Source: an uncultured Nitrososphaerota archaeon
GTDB lineage: Archaea; Korarchaeota; Korarchaeia; Korarchaeales; Korarchaeaceae
Direction: 5' to 3'
Assembly: GCA_964480775.1 (NCBI GenBank)
Contig: CAYZRF010000029.1
Location: 1 to 19,594 of the forward strand
DNA length: 19,594 nt
Shown: positions 13,557-19,273 of the stretch, in pieces
How the letters are laid out: every line of letters starts with the position of its first letter
How positions within the stretch are numbered: the first letter of the stretch is position 1
Notes under the pieces: model-generated
The model's input: the letters and a program-made list of their open reading frames with translations, nothing else
Database searches by the model: none
Told to the model about the DNA's origin: nothing
Made by a program: the position numbers and the translations under genes

Positions 13557-13891
13557 AGCTTTCTCCTATAGAATACGGCTCCATCCTCAATAAACCCTAT
13601 GTCTTGGTGCTTGAGTATATTGTCCAAAACCCTCTTTATTTGGTAGGTTGAAATTCCAAGCTCATTAGCTACTTCCATTACGCTAACTTCAGATCTAGTT
13701 GATAACATCTCCCTAATCTTGGCAACAATCTCGTTGGTTAGAGCCCATGCTTCTTTCTTCCTATTCTCACGCTTTTCCTTTGGACTTCGTTTATTTCTTC
13801 TTTTTTTAGTAGCTCTTTCCTTTTCACGCTCCCTCATTGCTTCCAGAGCTCGGAGGTATCTTATAGTAAAATCCTCGGTCATCTTTCTCAA
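13553..13891 (-). CDS. Highly basic HTH DNA-binding protein
   Basis: 112 aa. Arg/Lys-rich middle (REREKERATKKRRNKRSPKEKRENRKKE), then HTH-like VSVMEVANELGISTYQIKRVLDNI. ATGA overlap with the upstream DUF3467 gene. Its stop codon overlaps the stop of the convergent gene 12624-13556. Confidence 0.8.
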   Translation of the reverse strand: MRKMTEDFTIRYLRALEAMREREKERATKKRRNKRSPKEKRENRKKEAWALTNEIVAKIREMLSTRSEVSVMEVANELGISTYQIKRVLDNILKHQDIGFIEDGAVFYRRKL

Positions 13892-14193
13892 CCAATATAG
13901 CTGGTTGACTCTTTCTTCTCCTTATCTCCCGGTAGTTTTATTTCTCCAAACTGCTCTTCATAGCTTTTTATATTGGCTTCTAACTCCTTCAAGAAGCGTT
14001 TTGCGTGTTTGGGCGTCAGGGTGATGATTGCTTTAGCAACTGGTTTCCTGCCGGGAGCTGATCTAATAAAGATAAGGGAAAATTCGTCCCATCTGTTCAT
14101 AATTAGAACTCCGTTGCTAAAGACTGGCTCCAGATTCTCTGGAACATCTACTTTTATTTTGTTTTTTCCTATCTGTATCTCGATTGCGCCCAT
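13888..14193 (-). CDS. DUF3467-family protein
   Basis: SNGVLIMNRWDEFSLIFIRSAPGRKPVAKAIITLTPKHAKRFLKELEANIKSYEEQFGEI matches my memory of the DUF3467 consensus (...EF.lDF......a.v..rIilTP.hAKrLl.aL..ni..YE..FGEI). RBS GAGGT upstream. Confidence 0.8.
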   Translation of the reverse strand: MGAIEIQIGKNKIKVDVPENLEPVFSNGVLIMNRWDEFSLIFIRSAPGRKPVAKAIITLTPKHAKRFLKELEANIKSYEEQFGEIKLPGDKEKKESTSYIG

Positions 14194-14198
14194 TACCT

Positions 14199-14606
14199 TT
14201 ACCTCTTGCTCTTTTTCATAGATATGTAGGATACCAAGATGGCTAAGAATAAGAGAGCTATGACCAGCTCTTTCCTAACGCTACTTACACCGCCAAGCTT
14301 TATGGCTAAATACCAGCCTCCTAAAACAACTCCGGGTAGAAGCATAGATTTCAATTGAAGGAAGGTCATAATCGTCCTTCCGATGTCTGATGCTGTTTTT
14401 AGAGCCGTCATTGCAGAGAAGCTTTCTCCCCTTAATTTCTTAAGAATGCTTTCTCTTTCAGCCTTTAACCTCTCTAACTCTTGTTTATAGAGGAATGGGC
14501 TTCTCTTTTCCGCTATCTCTGTTTGAACGGCTTGTTCATATCGTCCTATCTGATGTTCGAGGAACCGTAGCTTGTCCTCTAAAACCCTTCTGTCCTCTGA
14601 CATCAT
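14199..14606 (-). CDS. Coiled-coil protein with C-terminal membrane segments
   Basis: 135 aa. N-terminal ~60 aa are heptad-like (LEDKLRFLEHQIGRYEQAVQ...ELERLKAERESILKKLR). Hydrophobic segments follow (LLPGVVLGGWYLAIKLGG, LVIALLFLAILVSYI). First gene of a three-gene minus-strand operon. Confidence 0.75.
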   Translation of the reverse strand: MMSEDRRVLEDKLRFLEHQIGRYEQAVQTEIAEKRSPFLYKQELERLKAERESILKKLRGESFSAMTALKTASDIGRTIMTFLQLKSMLLPGVVLGGWYLAIKLGGVSSVRKELVIALLFLAILVSYISMKKSKR

Positions 14607-14620
14607 ACTAATTTATAGAC

Positions 14621-14634
14621 AAAATTTAAAAAAC
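14621..14634. promoter_or_regulatory. A/T-rich BRE/TATA-like box, possibly bidirectional
   Basis: aaaatttaaaaaac lies 20-30 nt upstream of the first G of GC island E2 on the plus strand. It also lies ~20-25 nt upstream of ATG 14606 on the minus strand, which would give a leaderless mRNA. Confidence 0.4.
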
Positions 14635-14653
14635 TAAGCGGTAGAATATCTTT

Positions 14654-14723
14654 GGGGCGGGTATGTCCCATGTGAAGGTGCGCCCACGTATCTCCGATGA
14701 GGACAGCCCCCTAAACCCGCCCC
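14654..14723 (+). ncRNA. Candidate structured small RNA (GC island E2)
   Basis: 70 nt with 46/70 G+C by hand count. 9-bp closing helix GGGGCGGGT/ACCCGCCCC, second helix TGTCC/GGACA, inner hairpin ATGTG..GG-TGCG-CC-CACGT. An unpaired ATCTCCGATGA segment remains. TATA-like box at the right distance on the plus strand. Not tRNA-like (no T-loop or D-arm). Confidence 0.35.
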
Positions 14724-14726
14724 GCT

Positions 14727-14756
14727 AATTAAAAAAAGAAATGGGTTTGAGCACCC
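14727..14756 (-). terminator. Hairpin plus oligo-T terminator of the long minus-strand operon
   Basis: The minus strand reads GGGTGCTCAAACCC, then ATTTCTTTTTTTAATT, directly after the stop of 14761-15150. Confidence 0.5.
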
Positions 14757-14760
14757 TGTT

Positions 14761-15150
14761 TTATAGAACTCCTGCTTTATGAAGATTCATTCTGAACCTT
14801 CGTATCTGATGTTTTAGAAGATTGGGAGATTTTCCTACAGTTATAGCTATGTCCTTTATCCTTATTCTTTCTTTCGGAATCGTGTTCTCTGCTATGTTTT
14901 TTGGTTTTATCTTTGTTTGAGACAGATCCATCTCAACAAGCCCTTCTTTTTCCATATCCAGAAGAGTGGTTATTATGGTCTTTGTAGAAAATGATTCCCA
15001 TCCCTCATAAAGACACCAAAGGTTCATTAGCTTCAGCAACTCTTCCAAAGTCATGTTCTCGTTTTTTAGCATATTTTTTGGAGTCTCAGTAAGAATCGTG
15101 AAGATTATCTGTTTGATTGGTGGTCTTGGGATCTTAGAGAAAGTTTCCAT
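14761..15150 (-). CDS. Putative winged-helix DNA-binding protein
   Basis: 129 aa. TLEELLKLMN...FSTKTIITTLLDMEKEGLVEMD resembles a wHTH recognition helix plus wing. Overlaps the upstream gene's stop by 17 nt. Last gene of the operon. Confidence 0.65.
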   Translation of the reverse strand: METFSKIPRPPIKQIIFTILTETPKNMLKNENMTLEELLKLMNLWCLYEGWESFSTKTIITTLLDMEKEGLVEMDLSQTKIKPKNIAENTIPKERIRIKDIAITVGKSPNLLKHQIRRFRMNLHKAGVL

Positions 15151-15517
15151 CGAGGAGCCCCCTCCTAATGAGAGCCTTCTTTATAGTGCTCCAAAGCAAG
15201 CCTACTCTTGTTATGAGTTCTTGTTCATCTATCGGGTTTTCCTTTGTTCCTATAGGGATTATCCTGCGGTAGCGTTCTGGAACAATTCTTACCAGCACAT
15301 GAATAACAGAGTCTTCGTTTATTTCCCCGAACTCCTTTTTTGCCCTTTCTAAAACCTCTTTGAAGAACTCTTCTGTAACCACATAGCCCAGCCCCTTCTC
15401 AAAGTCATGGATAATCCTAACCATACCGAGCTCAGCCATTTCTTCGATGATTAGCCGTGTTTCTTCGTAGCTTGGCTCTTTCTTCCGTCGTCTAACCACA
15501 TAGATTTTATCCACCAT
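15134..15517 (-). CDS. Hypothetical protein (127 aa)
   Basis: I place the start at ATG 15517 (MVDKIYVVRRRKKEP...), preceded by GGGAGGT and overlapping the upstream stop by 11 nt. The track's longer form (to 15634) would overlap the protease gene by 128 nt. Confidence 0.7.
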   Translation of the reverse strand: MVDKIYVVRRRKKEPSYEETRLIIEEMAELGMVRIIHDFEKGLGYVVTEEFFKEVLERAKKEFGEINEDSVIHVLVRIVPERYRRIIPIGTKENPIDEQELITRVGLLWSTIKKALIRRGLLDGNFL

Positions 15518-16151
15518 ACAGAACCTCCCACCAGTCGAATTCATCTGGAAAGACGTTGATAGCCTCGAAAATGCTCTCGAACTCGTGTTCATACACAAAG
15601 TAATTGTCAAAGTATGGGTTATCCCACCAGACAATGCTATATGTCGTTGGTTCTACGGGCATCCATCTATTCGGACTTGTTTCTACAAGTAGCCAAGCGT
15701 GCTTTCCTCCTCCAAAAGGAGCTCTGCCCGTTACAATAATGGTGTGGTAGCCCTCATTTTCCAATCTCCATTCGAGATATGCTGCCATTTCAGAGCAGTC
15801 AAAAACATCCTTTGTATAGGCTCCCTCAGTCCACTCCCATCTCTCCAGATAGTCTGCTAAGTCATAAACCCCGTATCTCTGGCTGGATAGTGAGCAGTAG
15901 TAGAAGAAGAACTTCTCTTCCTCCAACCTTTGCTGTAAAGTCTGTATTTCGCTTCTAAGCTGTCTATTTTCCGATTGAAGCTTCTCTATGTATCTGGAAG
16001 CGTAGGTAATACTTGTGTTGAGCTCATTTAAGATCTCTGTCATCTCTTTAATCTCTCGCTCTCTTAAGAGCAGACCGAAGCCTATCCCGCCTGTAAATAT
16101 GATAGCAACAAGGATTAGGAGAGCAGGATAGGATATTGACATCTTTTCCAT
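15507..16151 (-). CDS. Membrane-anchored coiled-coil protein with transglutaminase-like cysteine protease domain
   Basis: N-terminal TM YPALLILVAIIFTGGIGFGLLL. Coiled coil EKLQSENRQLRSEIQTLQQRLEEE. Then FDCSEMAAYLEWRLENEGYHTIIVTG...GKHAWLLVE...WMPVEPT, which matches the Cys...His...Asp/Glu arrangement of the transglutaminase-like/papain-like superfamily. Confidence 0.75.
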   Translation of the reverse strand: MEKMSISYPALLILVAIIFTGGIGFGLLLREREIKEMTEILNELNTSITYASRYIEKLQSENRQLRSEIQTLQQRLEEEKFFFYYCSLSSQRYGVYDLADYLERWEWTEGAYTKDVFDCSEMAAYLEWRLENEGYHTIIVTGRAPFGGGKHAWLLVETSPNRWMPVEPTTYSIVWWDNPYFDNYFVYEHEFESIFEAINVFPDEFDWWEVLYGG

Positions 16152-16154
16152 GGC

Positions 16155-16334
16155 TTACACCTCTATTACGGGTTTCTCAGAAACAGCTTTGAGGAAATCG
16201 TTGTTCAGCTCAGCGATCTTTTGATTAAATTCCTCCTCGCTTAGAACTTCGCAGACAGGCTCCAGCCCCCGCTCACAATCCCTATAAAATGGAAGCACGC
16301 ACCATCTCTTCTTATACTCGCACCATACCAGCAC
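16155..16334 (-). CDS. Small Cys-containing hypothetical protein (59 aa)
   Basis: GTG 16334 sits 5 nt downstream of a GGGAGGTGA RBS. The track's GTG 16343 lies inside that RBS. Sequence LVWCEYKKRWCVLPFYRDCERGLEPVCEV... Confidence 0.5.
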   Translation of the reverse strand: MLVWCEYKKRWCVLPFYRDCERGLEPVCEVLSEEEFNQKIAELNNDFLKAVSEKPVIEV

Positions 16335-16521
16335 GTTTCTCACCTCCCTTCAAATCTTCTTGCATTTTCGTAAGACCTTCGAGAAACGCAACGACAAGGG
16401 CATCCTCTGGTTTGTGCCCCATCTTCCTGCTCCATCTTATTAAGAGATAGAATTCGTTCTTATCGAGCTCAATATTGGCAAAAGCTCTATCAGGAATCTT
16501 TCTGAAGAAAGAAACCTTCAT
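16312..16521 (-). CDS. Small hypothetical protein (69 aa), possibly RHH-like
   Basis: ATG 16521 (MKVSFFRKIPDRAFANIELDKNEFYLLIRWSRKMGHKPEDALVVAFLEGL...) overlaps the stop of the upstream Zn-ribbon ORF as ATGA. The track's longer N-terminus (to 16710) competes with better-looking small ORFs in other frames. Confidence 0.5.
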   Translation of the reverse strand: MKVSFFRKIPDRAFANIELDKNEFYLLIRWSRKMGHKPEDALVVAFLEGLTKMQEDLKGGEKRAGMVRV

Positions 16522-16664
16522 TTCTTTCCCCTCTTTACCTTCTTTATGTCCACCCTCTCTCCGCAGTTCAAGCAATTGACGAATTTGTCGTATCCCTTGG
16601 GAATCCTTATGCTCTTCCCACACTTCGGGCAATTTATGGTCTCGTAATAGGATTCCCAGTCCAT
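16518..16664 (-). CDS. 48-aa zinc-ribbon protein (not in the supplied ORF track)
   Basis: My translation: MDWESYYETINCPKCGKSIRIPKGYDKFVNCLNCGERVDIKKVKRGKK. CPKC-x15-CLNC is a classical Zn ribbon. RBS-like GGGGTGG upstream. TAATG overlap with the upstream ORF and ATGA overlap with the downstream ORF. Confidence 0.6.
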   Translation of the reverse strand: MDWESYYETINCPKCGKSIRIPKGYDKFVNCLNCGERVDIKKVKRGKK

Positions 16665-16837
16665 TAGACCACCCCTTCTCTCTTAAGCTCCCGCAAGACC
16701 TCCCGTGCACCAGCTACTCTACCCCTGTAGAACTCAATCAGTTTCTCGTCCTTTTCTTCTTCCATCTTCGTGACTAATTCAGCCTCAAAATCTTCGATCA
16801 GCCCTTCTATTATCTGCTGGATCCTATCTCTTTTCAA
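16664..16837 (-). CDS. 57-aa helical micro-protein (not in the ORF track; TTG start uncertain)
   Basis: My translation: (M/L)KRDRIQQIIEGLIEDFEAELVTKMEEEKDEKLIEFYRGRVAGAREVLRELKREGVV. A G-rich stretch lies 6 nt upstream of TTG 16837. Its stop overlaps the Zn-ribbon ATG. An alternative ATG at codon 25 would give a shorter product. Confidence 0.35.
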   Translation of the reverse strand: MKRDRIQQIIEGLIEDFEAELVTKMEEEKDEKLIEFYRGRVAGAREVLRELKREGVV

Positions 16838-16994
16838 CCTTATCCCCCCCGAATTCTTTATCGTAATCTATACCTAAACGCTCTGCGTATCTTCTGGCTA
16901 CTTCCTCCCCCTCGATTTGCCTGAGAAGAGAAATCATAGCAAGATGGAAGCCGTTCATATAGTTTGTGTTGATCCTATGGATTATCTCTGCCAT
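16824..16994 (-). CDS. 56-aa micro-protein (not in the ORF track)
   Basis: My translation: MAEIIHRINTNYMNGFHLAMISLLRQIEGEEVARRYAERLGIDYDKEFGGDKVEKR. A perfect GAGGTGA RBS lies 4 nt upstream of ATG 16994. Confidence 0.5.
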   Translation of the reverse strand: MAEIIHRINTNYMNGFHLAMISLLRQIEGEEVARRYAERLGIDYDKEFGGDKVEKR

Positions 16995-17003
16995 GTACTC
17001 ACC

Positions 17004-17165
17004 TCACTCGCTTATTTCTATGGTAACTTTGTCTGTGGGCTTCAATTCAAGCCTCTCTCTGATAATGCGCTTCATGTGTTTTATCAGTAGCTCTTTCGGT
17101 AAGTTCTTTGCATATCTCGGAAAATCTTCAGAAAGGCTGGCTTTAATTATGACCTCCACCATCAT
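17004..17165 (-). CDS. 53-aa micro-protein (not in the ORF track)
   Basis: My translation: MMVEVIIKASLSEDFPRYAKNLPKELLIKHMKRIIRERLELKPTDKVTIEISE. GGGAGGGAGG lies directly upstream. ATGA overlap with the stop of 17162-17560. Confidence 0.5.
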   Translation of the reverse strand: MMVEVIIKASLSEDFPRYAKNLPKELLIKHMKRIIRERLELKPTDKVTIEISE

Positions 17166-17560
17166 CCTCCCTCCCAAATCCCTAAAACAACAGTTCCGTT
17201 CTCGAAGATCAAAAGAACCTCGACTCTATAGACCAGATCCCCTGTCTTTGCATCATGAAAGCTTATTGCATCCCCTTCTGCCAAAAGCAAGGGCTTATAT
17301 CTTGATGACTCGCCTTCCCAAGCAGAACTAAAGATTTGGAGTTTTACTTCTTTCGTTTGAAACCAGAACCAGCCAGACCTCCTTATCCCTAAGTTTCTGA
17401 TGAAGATGGGCTCTTCTATTGATTCTCCCACATCCAAATTTACTTTTGTAAAGTTTTCGAGTGTTCCTTGCTTCAATCTTGACGCTGGCGTTGAGAGCAG
17501 TATAAGAGTCATACTTAGAATCAGCACGCCGATGGCAACAAACGAGAGAATTTTATTCAT
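17162..17560 (-). CDS. Secreted or N-terminally anchored small beta-rich protein
   Basis: Signal/anchor MNKILSFVAIGVLILSMTLILLSTPAS. RBS GGGGGAG upstream. 132 aa. Confidence 0.75.
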   Translation of the reverse strand: MNKILSFVAIGVLILSMTLILLSTPASRLKQGTLENFTKVNLDVGESIEEPIFIRNLGIRRSGWFWFQTKEVKLQIFSSAWEGESSRYKPLLLAEGDAISFHDAKTGDLVYRVEVLLIFENGTVVLGIWEGG

Positions 17561-17576
17561 ATCATCTCCCCCATAC

Positions 17577-17804
17577 TCATTTTAGCAAGAAAACTGCTGA
17601 GAGAAACAGGAGCACAGCGGACTGACTTATTATTGTAAGAAGATAGAATTGCAGATCCTTCTCACGCCATTTTATCTTGATGAACCCCCCTTTAGATCTC
17701 ATGGTTTGGATTTCTTTCTTTGCTTTCCTATACAAGAGAATGAAGTTTATTAGAAATGAAGCTACAGAGCCTAGAATAAGTATTTCCCAAAGATTTAAGC
17801 TCAT
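17577..17804 (-). CDS. Small two-TM membrane protein downstream of the RHH gene
   Basis: 75 aa. LWEILILGSVASFLINFILLY and YLLTIISQSAVLLFLSAVFLL flank a basic loop. ATGA overlap with the RHH gene stop. Same gene order as 1448-2051. Confidence 0.65.
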   Translation of the reverse strand: MSLNLWEILILGSVASFLINFILLYRKAKKEIQTMRSKGGFIKIKWREKDLQFYLLTIISQSAVLLFLSAVFLLK

Positions 17805-18085
17805 TGCCCGACCTCCCTAAGCCTTTTTATCTCATCGTCCAAGATCTCCTTTTTCTCTAATAGAATCCATCGTATGACTGTTCTGGCTCCATCATCTGTC
17901 AGGCTGAGACCGTTGTCCCACGTGATTCCATGTTCTTTTAGGCTGTAGAAGCGCTTTATGATCTCCCTTATGGCTTCTGATCTGTTGTTTAGCCCCTTTT
18001 CATTGAGAAAGGAGTCTATTTTCTCCATAGTTTTACCATCGCAAGCGAACGTGAGCCTATGAACAAACCCCCTCTCCAACTCCAT
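17801..18085 (-). CDS. Ribbon-helix-helix DNA-binding protein, paralogue of 1770-2051
   Basis: HRLTFACDG beta strand, then helices TMEKIDSFLNEKG and NRSEAIREIIKRFY. The C-terminal half (GITWDNGLSLTDDGARTVIRWILLEKKEILDDEIKRLREVG) aligns with the other copy. Confidence 0.85.
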   Translation of the reverse strand: MELERGFVHRLTFACDGKTMEKIDSFLNEKGLNNRSEAIREIIKRFYSLKEHGITWDNGLSLTDDGARTVIRWILLEKKEILDDEIKRLREVGQ

Positions 18086-18105
18086 TATGAAGATAGTAAA
18101 CCAAA

Positions 18106-18123
18106 TTCATATAAAGTTTTACC
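18106..18123 (-). promoter_or_regulatory. BRE/TATA-like promoter of the RHH-led minus-strand operon
   Basis: The minus strand reads AAAACTTTATATGA, ending ~23 nt upstream of ATG 18085, which implies a leaderless or very short leader mRNA. An inverted repeat TATGAA(18087-18092)/TTCATA(18106-18111) brackets the TATA-to-ATG interval. Confidence 0.45.
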
Positions 18124-18138
18124 TTAGTATGAAAGTCT

Positions 18139-18549
18139 TTAATAAAGCTCGGTGAACATCTCTGGACGCAAGAAAAATGACCTTATTGCTACATAGAAGA
18201 CGAAAGAGCAGATCATTAGCCATATTGCGATCATCATGGCTCTTTTTATGTCTCCCGCTGTCCAATGAGAAGCTCTATGGATAAAGTGAATGGAGATGCC
18301 ATAGAATAGCAGTATGAGTCCAACGGAAAGGTCAAAATAGCTTGTAAGAATCGCTACCGCTGATATTGCGCTTGCTAAAAGGACTGTCCAATGAGATGGC
18401 TTATCTAAACTATAGAGGATCTCTTTTAGATGGATTAGAGAAAGGAGGGCTAAGACTATGGAGAAGCCGAGAGCTACTACTGGAAGCTGAAGGATTCTTA
18501 TCATAGCCATAAAGACAAAGGTAGGGCGAATTAAATTGCGCAGATACAT
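18139..18549 (-). CDS. Polytopic membrane protein (about 4 TM helices)
   Basis: 136-aa hydrophobic ORF (VVALGFSIVLALLSLI, LLASAISAVAILTSYF, GLILLFYGISIHFI, MMIAIWLMICSFVFYVAI). Confidence 0.7.
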   Translation of the reverse strand: MYLRNLIRPTFVFMAMIRILQLPVVALGFSIVLALLSLIHLKEILYSLDKPSHWTVLLASAISAVAILTSYFDLSVGLILLFYGISIHFIHRASHWTAGDIKRAMMIAIWLMICSFVFYVAIRSFFLRPEMFTELY

Positions 18550-18550
18550 T

Positions 18551-18679
18551 TTAGCTCGCCTCTTCAGATTTTAGGTATTCCTCTACTCTTTTTTTTAGCT
18601 TCAATAACTCAGTCTTTAGATCTGTTACAGCAAATATGAGCGCTAACAAAAGGATCCATTGAATTATCTCATTTATCAT
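18551..18679 (-). CDS. 42-aa single-TM micro-protein (not in the ORF track)
   Basis: My translation: MINEIIQWILLLALIFAVTDLKTELLKLKKRVEEYLKSEEAS. It fills an otherwise empty gap. It overlaps the upstream stop by 11 nt and ends 1 nt before ATG 18549. Weak RBS. Confidence 0.35.
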   Translation of the reverse strand: MINEIIQWILLLALIFAVTDLKTELLKLKKRVEEYLKSEEAS

Positions 18680-18956
18680 CTTTCTTAGCTCTCCCGTCAG
18701 GATCAACAGAGATTGGAGGTCTAACCAGCTCTCTCGCCAGCTCTTGGTAATCCTCTGCCTCTTCCTTTACCTTCTTGATTATTCTTACGCTCTTCTGCCT
18801 TGCGATCTCCTCGATGACATAAACTTCTTTGCCATTCTCGTCAATAGCTTTCCAGAGCGCAACGTATATGGCGTTTGGAAATAGATTGCCTATATAAATT
18901 CTCTTATCTCTACCGACACGCCTAATTATGGGAAATTCTATTTTCTCCTCAGCCAT
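18669..18956 (-). CDS. Hypothetical protein (95 aa)
   Basis: I place the start at ATG 18956 (MAEEKIEFPIIRRVGRDKRIYIGNLFPN...), preceded by AAGGAGGGG. The track start at 18980 lacks an RBS and overlaps the upstream gene by 32 nt. Confidence 0.7.
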   Translation of the reverse strand: MAEEKIEFPIIRRVGRDKRIYIGNLFPNAIYVALWKAIDENGKEVYVIEEIARQKSVRIIKKVKEEAEDYQELARELVRPPISVDPDGRAKKDDK

Positions 18957-19236
18957 CCTTTTTCCCCTCCTTGCTATCATAGGCTAATAATGCGAGATCC
19001 ATTAGGAGCTTTTTTAATTTCTTTCCTTTTCTTGTTAGCACAAAAATTTTGAAATCGCCATATTCGAGAGTAGGCTTTAGGAAGCCAAGGTGCTCAAGCA
19101 TAGTGATTTCCCCGCAGAATTTTGTATCATAGGTGAGCTCACCTTTTTCAGCGAGTTCTATAGCTTCCAAAACCTTCGGTCTAACAAGAGCTCTCACAAA
19201 AGTGAGCATTTCGGGTTTAAATTCTTCATTTTCCAT
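18949..19236 (-). CDS. Putative winged-helix protein (95 aa)
   Basis: VLEAIELAEKGELTYDTKFCGEITMLEHLGFLKPT...FKIFVLTRKGKKL resembles a helix-turn-helix plus beta wing. RBS GGGGTGAT upstream. Confidence 0.6.
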   Translation of the reverse strand: MENEEFKPEMLTFVRALVRPKVLEAIELAEKGELTYDTKFCGEITMLEHLGFLKPTLEYGDFKIFVLTRKGKKLKKLLMDLALLAYDSKEGKKDG

Positions 19237-19250
19237 AAGATCACCCCAAT

Positions 19251-19267
19251 TTCGAATAAATTCGAAT
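19251..19267. promoter_or_regulatory. Operator-like repeat TTCGAAT-AAA-TTCGAAT
   Basis: Two TTCGAA palindromic cores lie exactly 10 bp apart, which also reads as a 7-bp inverted repeat TTCGAAT/ATTCGAA with a 2-nt spacer. The site sits in the 37-nt gap between 19274-19588 and 18949-19236, just upstream of the RBS. Confidence 0.3.
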
Positions 19268-19273
19268 CATTTT

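Noticed and set aside
13719-14221. Plus-strand ORFs 13719-14024 and 13973-14221.
   Set aside because: They lie antisense to the DUF3467 and basic HTH genes, which have recognisable motifs and coupled start/stop codons.
14654-14723. E1/E2 as box C/D sRNAs.
   Set aside because: Only partial GAUGA strings are present. There is no RUGAUGA...CUGA pairing of C/D and C'/D' boxes at the expected spacing. The K-turn resemblance in E2 needs a non-standard 5-nt bulge.
15518-15634. Long N-terminal extensions in the track that overlap upstream genes by 100+ nt (15134-15634; also 11593-12084 and 16312-16710).
   Set aside because: Internal ATG starts with good RBSs (15517, 16521), or at the onset of the hydrophobic protein (11934), give normal short overlaps. 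I saw no slippery sequence suggesting programmed frameshifting.
16966-17331. 121-aa plus-strand ORF in the track.
   Set aside because: It lies antisense to three well-supported minus-strand ORFs that have strong RBSs and ATGA coupling. Its own sequence is Ser/Leu/Phe-rich, typical of the reverse complement of K/E-rich coding DNA.
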